NCBI GenBank assembly: GCA_000708835.1
Contig: DF237104.1
Location: 1 to 64,000, forward strand
Length of the DNA stretch: 64,000 nucleotides
Reading direction: 5' to 3'
Source: Klebsormidium nitens
Taxonomy: Eukaryota; Plantae; Klebsormidiophyceae
In this document: one piece after another, positions 56,901 through 64,000 of the stretch
How positions within the stretch are numbered: the first letter of the stretch is position 1
How the letters are laid out: each line of letters starts with the position of its first letter
The notes under the pieces: generated by a model
What the model saw: the letters and a program-made list of their open reading frames with translations, nothing else
Databases searched by the model: none
What the model was told of the DNA's origin: nothing
Made by a program: the position numbers and the translations under genes

Positions 56901-59900
56901 TTATCAGAGATTATCACAGAAGTATATACTCGGAAAGCCATTGGAGAAGAAGCTTGCAGCCATGCCAGTGGAAGTCGCTAGAAGCAGCGCAGATCGGTCT
57001 TGGATCCAGACACACAGGCGCCGCTGAGCATGGATTGACATCAGTCGCCCTTACTTTCCATGACAAGACCTGTTGTATCACCAAACAATTTGTTCAAGAT
57101 ATGAGCCCTGTAGGCAAAGGGAGAGTCTCCAAGGGACAAAAGCACTACCATTTGCATCTTGCAAATGTCGGACAGACGATTGGCACGGAAGATCGAAACA
57201 AAAGCTGTGGTCGAATAAGTTTTGCGCCTCTGCAAGGAAGGAGCTACTCACGAGGAAGGCCTTTGTCCTTGGGCGACACGTACACTGTCCCAGTCATCGA
57301 TGATCCAAAGCGGGAGTCCAGGTATTCGTATACACCAGGCTGAGTGAATACTTGTGTGAAAGAGAAGGCTGATGTTGCGGTTTGAGCTGCAAAAAAAACA
57401 GTTCGTGAGTCTGGTGCTCAAATAGAGCAAATGATCTCCACTTCGAGGTTGGCGAATCCTCAGCCTAATCTTCAAATTCATAGCTGAAAGTCAGTGAAGC
57501 AACTTGAAGAAAGGTCCGCTGCAGGTTTCCACGACGAGAGTCCGCCAATCGAAACCTGGTAATGAAGAATACCGAAGCCAATTTGATCTCATGCTGAGGA
57601 GCGGCTGCTTGACGTCAGACTATTCGCAGGCGAAAGCGGAACAACAGGTCCATTCACCAAGTTGCGTAAAGCACCGCAAAAAGCAACCGACAAACCCCTG
57701 TATCTTTTCAAGAAGGAGAAGATATTATCGAGGCTGTCGGTGGCTCTCACTCTAGCATTTGATTGATCCAAACCGAGCTGCTTCTGACCATACAAACTGT
57801 CAAGCGCAGGTTGAACAAGCTGTCCACCAAAAGCCCCTTCTGGGATCGTAACATAGGTTTCGTCCAGATACCTTCGAGTCCTCACCTGCTTTGAGAACGT
57901 TATCGGACCGAACGACACATGGCACAGGGTCCGTTAAGAAGCTGCCATTTTCCCCAGCTCCAACGTTTTCGGGGCTGCATAAGCTGCCAGTCGAGATGAC
58001 TCGCCGGCCAGTTCCGAATCCGTTGAAGATGTCAGCGGAATCTTGCATGTTTTGGCCTGCAGAAGCGGAGGCTCTCGTGAGCGACCAAATCCGCAGCGTT
58101 CAAGACATAAGCTGTTGAAACAGCTTGCGAGTGGTCTTTTACAATCGAAAAAGGTTCCGGACAAAGCGCAACCGTCAGCCTTAACAAACCTTTCCTAGAT
58201 GGATCTTATGTCAGCCAAGCAATCTGGCAATTAAGGTGGATCTGATTGTCGAAGCAAACGCTAGTCTAGAATGCTTTAAAGCACGCAGGACTATAAGGCC
58301 TGGACGTCCCTTTTAAATGCAACCTGAAAGCAGATCAACCTTGCAGCAACTAAACAAGGATCTAGATCTGGCCTGCATACCTGCAGTTGAAGACGAAGGA
58401 TAGGCATATAGCTTGCCTTTGACAGCGTGTGGAAAGTCATCCGCCCAGACAAACTGGATGGAGTCTCCCGCGGTGATATTTGTGACGTAGTGCACGTCCA
58501 GCTTCCACGGAAGCACAACGTTGACTGCGAGTACAGATGATATGAATATTGCTGCCCTCAGTTTAGGTGCTTCCGTGCTTCGAAGGAGAACAGAATAAAT
58601 TGCGAGGGGCTAGGGTTTCAGCGACTTGCGCATGCAGCAGATCCTCGCAGCCGTTCATTCAGCCGCTAAGAAGCATCAGAAACGTTGTTGCTGCTAAAAG
58701 GATCAGCTTAGTACACATGGACGGGTTGAGTCTGCAGGTGTAACAAGGCCGTAAAATGAGCCCCGTGCGAGGTCGACTCGAAAACGCCGGTCAGAGATGC
58801 AGTCCCAGTGTTCATCAACCCAGCACTGGCACCCTACATCCAATCTGGTATGCAGTCTAAAGCTTGTTCTCAACCACCAGGATAGACCATGCAATTCGGA
58901 CCTCCAGTGCGCCCAAGCTGGCACGCGCTCACCGAGATTGCAGTTGTTGACTTCCTGCTGAACAACCTGAGCGTCCGTGTCGTGCAGGTGATTGCCAACA
59001 TTGACGAGGTCCGCGTCGCTGAGCGTGAAACCGATGGTTTCGTAGAGCGCGTTTTCTAGGATAGTGATGAAGCGATTCTGCTCTGGCTGGGAGATGTTGT
59101 ACGGACTGCCTGCGCCATACTTTCTCTCCAGAACAGCCTGCACAAGTTCGAAAAACTCTGAGCAGAGAGAAAGGGCCTAGGTAAAAGATCAGGAAGTGGC
59201 ACGCTTTGGCCAGGTTCTCAATCCAAGATCGTCAAGTTCCCAGCCCATTCAATTCACCGATATCTCAACCGCAATCAGGCTTGTCCAGGTGAAATCGATT
59301 CTGCCAGTCCAGTTGGGACTTCACCAGGGATTCTCAGGCCGCTGAGGCTGTGAGAATACACAGCGCGGACGATTCTGAAAAGTGTTGTTAAGAGGTTCTC
59401 ATTTTACTCTTGAACAAGAAGTAAAGGCATTTGGATTATCAAGCTCAAGCAGACAATGATCTAAGCTTAACTGATCTCACAAAGACCCGGGGGAAAGCTT
59501 GAAATGCAGAGATAATCTTATGCTTTCTTGGAAACGAGCAAGCTAGGTGAGTACACGATCCTCACATGCAGAGCGTCCACGTCAGCAGACGTCAGCGTCG
59601 TGCTGGTCGTCGCGTCCGTGTAGGAGCACCCCGGCAGCGTAGCAGGGCCCCCAAAATAAGCACAGAAGAAGCCGAGCATCTTAGGCCCCGTTGTGGTTGG
59701 GGGCATATAATACTTAGCCAGGCAGGAGTCGATGATCCAAGTGTTGAGGGCTCTCGACACGGCCGTGGCCAGATTGCGAAAGCGTTGGACGTCCGTGTTC
59801 CCAAACTGCTGCCAGTAGAGCTCGGTTCCGGTTCCGGCCTGGGAGAGGCGCCGGCCGGAAGACGCGAGGCGGCGACGCCCTCCTGTGAGGTCGGAGCCCT

Positions 59901-62900
59901 TGACGGGTGCTTGTGCGCGCGCGGTGAGAGTAGCCGCCTGGTCAGGGTGTTCGGACACGTAGATGGGGTCGACTGCAGGCGAAAGGAATCAACAGAACGC
60001 ATGCTACTCTTTGTTCTGAGTATGATCCAGGGTGTTTTCAGGTTCACAGCAACGCTGATCTAATGTAAAGACTTGGATTTAGGATTAAGCAGATTGTTGA
60101 GGTTTAAGCTTCTCGCTGCAGGAAAGTTTCTATCATACTGGTCCATACCTTCTGAGTCGCCTTTTCTGAGAGACAGAGTCGTCTATTTTCAGCTGCGGAG
60201 GTCACGCACCGAACGTGCAAGATAAAGATTTGCCCCTTTTTGTAAAGTCGCTTCTAGTCAGGCAAATCCGACTCAAGGGATAAGGCCAAAGCAGGACAGC
60301 CATTATACATAGCGCCGATTCTCAGAAGAGGGATCATCCAACTTCAATCTGCCTGATAGCTAGGGTAAAGCAAAAGTGTTTCGTGATCCATTCGAGTGGC
60401 GAGTCCGCATCGAAAGATCGGAATCTTGTGCACTCAGGAACGGAATTGCACCATTCATGAGGAGTCGGTGGCCAAAACTTACGGGTGCAGACCCTGCCGC
60501 TGGCCGTGAAAAAGGAGTCGTGCTTGCTACTGTTGGCAAGGGACACAATCTGAATAGAAACGCGCACGGGGCTTTTGTCACGCTTTCACACGGCAATACA
60601 GTGGTAGGAGCTAGGGCACATGAGCAATTTTGCAAAGCCTTGTCCGAATGCAGCCGCACTGGATGAAAGCCCGAAAGCGAAGGCACTTGGGATGCATCTA
60701 ACCCAGGAGAATATCGTACAGCCTACAACTTAGGAAAGGAACATATCAAGTGCGTAAGCAGATCTTGATGAAACTGCATGATGCCTTGTATAACGACACG
60801 AAGACGCGAGTTGACAAGAATCTGATGTATCCACCGACTAAACAGCTACAACGACAGGTTTTTGGAAGACCCGATGCTTCGTAGTAGGGATGCGGTGCGG
60901 AAAGGAGGCGCCCTCGACAACTAGGGGCGTATACGTAACCAACATCGCAAAGGGTTAAAGGGAGGGTTCAGACGTCGCGCTTCTCACTTGGAGACAGTTC
61001 AGGTTCTGGTAAGGGTCCAAGGCCGTGACATTCGCATTGCAAAGCCCAATGCAGTCGACGAAGAGGCCGGCCAAGGTGCGGTCGTTGACGTTCGAACAGG
61101 CGTCCACAGCACATCCGACGCTCTTTGCGCAGATCTGCGGTCGGAAGCAGGAGACGGACTGAGGAAGCGTTCGCGGGGGAACTCGGAATAGGACGTCTTT
61201 TAGCTCTGAGGTTGGACTAGCACATTCGAAGGCTCGATCTGAGGACGTACATAACCGCTTTGCGCTGAAAACGCTCATGGAGGCGCAAGGACGAAGACAT
61301 TCAAAAGTTGGATATACAAATCGCCGACGACTTGCACTCGGAGCCCCACAGACCACGGGTCGCCCCCACGCTCCCGCCCGCTTCATGCCGAGCGCCCATG
61401 AAGTGCAGAAACCATCCTGTAATTATTCCACGAAAGGAGCCAAGCAAGACAGGTGAAGAAAGCCTAGCCGGGCACAAAAGGTAGACAATCAGCTCACCGA
61501 GCGGCAGCGGACCAGATCCGACTCCGCGTCCGGCTTGCAGGTGCCCCAGCTCGACAGTTTGATGTCTTCAGCCGCGCCCAAAGGATCTACAATCTGTGTG
61601 GTCGCCTTTCCTGACACACCGTCACCGGGGGACGTCAGGCGGACCTCCCAGGTGCCGTTGGGGAGGTTCAAGGTCGTCTCGTACGCGCCCGACTGGTCGG
61701 CAAACCTCTGATTGGTGTCAAACCTGCAGGGTTGGATATCCGGAGTGAACATCTGCGTTCTAATCGTCTCTGGTTGGAACAATGGTCGTCGCTTTCAACC
61801 AGAATCACGTTCCTAATGGCGGGGGTGTGCAGAGGGGGGAGCGGGGAGAAGCAGGCATGCGCACTGGTTCTTGTTGAAGTGGGCCTCGGTGTGAGTCCTT
61901 CTTTGCAGCTTCTTAGGTACGCTCCGCAACAGCAGGATGTACTTCAAGAAACGAGTTCGTCCTCGCACTTGGATCAGGCCCCCGGGATAGGCCGCTTCTT
62001 GGCGTGCTTTCAAACACGTTGACCGCCCTTCGAACACTGCAAACGGTCATCCCCTGCAAAGCCCGTCTTCCCTCGAATATCTCTGTCAAGGGGAAAAGCA
62101 TTATCGAAGGGGCAAATACTCATCACGTGCTCGACCAGAATGCACGCAAAAACAGCTTGTTTCCCCCTCTTAAGGGTCCAAAAACTGTATGCCGACGTTA
62201 CAAGACAAGCTGGGACTTCAACCAGCTTCGTCGCCCTAACATAAACCGGATCGTTTTGTATGCAAGCCAACTCACCAGCACAGATTGTCCGGATACGTCA
62301 TGCACACGTTCCATTCCGCGTCGGCCTGATCCTGCGCGGTCTTGAAGTCGGTCTCAAACGAGACCGCTACCGGGACTGTGTCCATTGCCCCGCAGTCGGG
62401 GGTACACCCAAAGCGCCCAAATCCGTTGAACTCGATGGGGCGGTCGCAGACTCCATCGCCGCACACTGGGTCCGCCCAGATGGTATTCACAAACGTATCG
62501 TTGATGTACGCGTAAATGTCGTTGGCGTACGTGAAGCTGCTGCCCTGAAAATAAAGAAGAGGGGAAATGTCACTTAAGCTACAGCACCCACGGTTGACAA
62601 GCACAGTAGCAAAATTTAAGAGAGCAGTCTCAGCAATGTCCAACCATGGGGGAAAATGTCCTCAGCTACAGCCCCCATGGTTAGTCCTGCAGTCTCTTCC
62701 ACAAAAAGCACGCAATACAAAAAAGCGGCCCAGTCATTCACAGGTCTTTATCATCATCACTGGATTGATGGAGCTCGAATAAAACATCCCGAACCCATCC
62801 GAAACATTGACACCTTCCAATGGCAAAAACATTTATCACTACCCGGAAGCCATGGCATTAACAGTTCTAACAGAAGGATCCTCGGGCCCCTTGACCTCGC

Positions 62901-63493
62901 ACCCAAGATGTCGTTTTTGACAGAGACTTCGGTAGCTTCCACAAAGGCGAAGAGAGTGGTATATCGTCGACTTCTGCAAACTTCGCACCTAATGACTTGC
63001 AGAGTGGCAGTGCAACATCTTGGGTGCGAGTTTAAGGTGCCCGAGGTGTGATTTTAGAGTACAAGCTGTGAACTGTTTGAAACACAAACAAGCGTGGCTC
63101 CAGCGCACCTCTGGCAGAATTGCAGAGTTGGCCGTGGTCAGCTGGTACACGAGCGCACTGTTCTGCTGCATGTACAGGACAGTCATGTACAGGCCCGTAA
63201 AGATAAGGAACGACAGCAGGTTGCAGTATTGCGTCTGCCGGTACTTGGTCTCCTTGATGATGTCATAGACGCGGGAGACAATTGTGCGATCCTGTCTGCG
63301 AGCACAAAGGAGGGAGACTCAATCGGGGCTGGTTAGCCAAAATAGAGAAGCATGATAAGAAGCTTGAATTGGGTCAGAGGGGGAGTGGCCTTGTGGACTG
63401 TTTCTGAAATATTCGACCTTCAAACGCCCATGCAGTAGCGAGAATTACTCACCCTCCACAAAGGGTCTGGTAGGGTGCACTGGCCTGCGGCAT
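47931..63493 (-). CDS. PKD2: Polycystin-2 / PKD2-type TRPP cation channel with a very large extracellular S1-S2 loop (Chlamydomonas PKD2-like). Exons approx. 63493?-63453, 63295-63109, 62544-62276, 61723-61498, 61134-60988, 60549-60483, 59972-59566, 59137-58933, 58524-58417, 58056-57886, 57386-57252, 56797-56567, 56159-56030, 55878-55816, 55525-55197, 54607-54510, 54264-54062, 53279-53082, 52545-52365, 51786-51727, 51436-51333, 51017-50981, 50505-50338, 49831-49703, 49052-48921, 48495-48333, about 47982?-47931
   Basis: S1 (NLLSFLIFTGLYMTVLYMQ), WADPVCGDGVCDRPIEFNGFGRFGCTPDCG, TOP-domain motifs (NRIIGGLYMRQKR...C; LADGLFLDNATDSLLLHLVTYN), S2-S3 (FAQAWNYIDLASL), S4-S5 (MILRILKHMHFQPRMGVLTRTL...DILNFFILWTIVFLGYSFMGHIVFG), pore (SITSCFLLILGD), S6 (FFWTFNWFIVFIIMNFLIAIAVDAFVDVK) and a C-terminal coiled coil. 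Internal joins are phase-consistent; the first and last exons are uncertain. Confidence 0.9.
48140..48332 (-). repeat. Decayed downstream copy of the 3' end and donor of PKD2 exon 48495-48333
   Basis: True GGCATGGATGACGGAGACG|gtgagt versus copy GGCATGGATGACGGGGACG|gtgagg ending at 48176 (157 bp spacing). The intron starts are also similar. Confidence 0.85.
48496..48850 (-). repeat. Array of about 10 short units resembling the 3' splice site (TTTCGGACAG)
   Basis: + strand (c)tgtccgaaa(a) variants recur roughly every 20-45 bp upstream of the true acceptor tttccggacag|GAC. Confidence 0.8.
51630..51692. repeat. 31-bp imperfect tandem duplication in PKD2 intron
   Basis: tgcttcctggctcactcgaagatcgaaaaag followed by tgcttccatggctcactcgaagagcgcaaag. 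Confidence 0.78.
52546..53040 (-). repeat. About 114-bp array of 3-4 decayed copies of the acceptor and 5' end of PKD2 S4 exon 52545-52365
   Basis: cag|CATCTTCTTCATGATCCTGCGC (true, 52545) is echoed at 52663, 52775, about 52890 (very degenerate) and 53003. A ggctccgttga-like motif recurs in the units. Confidence 0.88.
53350..53440 (-). repeat. Decayed upstream copy of the acceptor and 5' end of PKD2 exon 53279-53082
   Basis: The copy from 53425 translates VPFFAYLAPTSHANGRYEVYDRLS versus true IVFVAYLAPTFHARARYEIYESLT. Confidence 0.85.
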
Positions 63494-64000
63494 TTCTTTC
63501 CTGTCATGTGCACCCAAAGCTTGACCGCCCTGGATTTTAGAAGTGCTGCATCATGCTTTTGTGAGGGTCCCATCTTCGGCACGCTTACGAGATGCTGATG
63601 TTTGAACCTTTACTTTCTTGGCCGCGGCCGCAGAACAAGTTATATTATAGGGGCACATAACGCTGAAGCTCTATATCTGCAAATGCTTCCAAGATGTGTA
63701 ACCCACATCTTCTGTTTTTCTTCGATGTAACGCAGAACTTTGCAAGAGTGGCATACTGGGTTTGTAGACAGCAAAAGCCAAGCCTCGTTTAGCAGATTCC
63801 CACAGCCTACTGCTTCCGAGATAGCGGAAAGACTCCTGCTTGGAAGAAGGACAGGCCAAAGGGAAGAGCAACTAAGGAAAAAACTAGGATGCAAATGAAG
63901 GGAGGGGTTTATGCTTTGGTATTTTGACAGGAGCGGCATGCCCTGTTTCCTGTCTGATCACGTCTAAGATGCTTCGGCAAGTTTAGCCCACACCAAACAT

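Noticed and set aside
56925-57027. Possible extra PKD2 exon (PAPVCLDPRPIC...)
   Set aside because: Its donor phase is incompatible with the next exon, and exons 57386-57252 and 56797-56567 already join in frame.

Overview
Intron-rich eukaryotic nuclear DNA. I reconstructed seven spliced protein-coding genes by hand, using GT/GC-AG boundaries and checking exon phase: (1) NERD/C3H19-like PHD-SWIB-Plus3-GYF-CCCH protein (-); (2) U11/U12-65K RNPC3 (-); (3) TPLATE/TSET subunit TWD40-2 (+); (4) ubiquitin-like-domain type II PI4-kinase gamma (+); (5) NECAP (-); (6) glycerol kinase (+); (7) a large Chlamydomonas-type PKD2/polycystin channel (-, about 25 exons). Land-plant-type TWD40-2, NERD and PI4Kgamma together with an algal-type PKD2 suggest a streptophyte alga such as Klebsormidium (inference only). 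Three patterns stand out. First, 'exon echo' arrays: decayed tandem copies of an exon edge plus its splice site sit in the flanking intron in four genes, usually more diverged further from the true exon, and two arrays carry (CGGAA)n. Second, the PKD2 extracellular loop contains RRRL/GRRL putative cleavage motifs, a cupredoxin-like module lacking two copper ligands and a Notch LNR repeat; the two modules lie on four consecutive symmetric phase-1 exons. Third, CATGCA(TG) is clustered in gene 3' flanks. I recognised no tRNA, rRNA, snRNA, CRISPR array or intact transposon. All exon coordinates are manual and may be off by a few bases.
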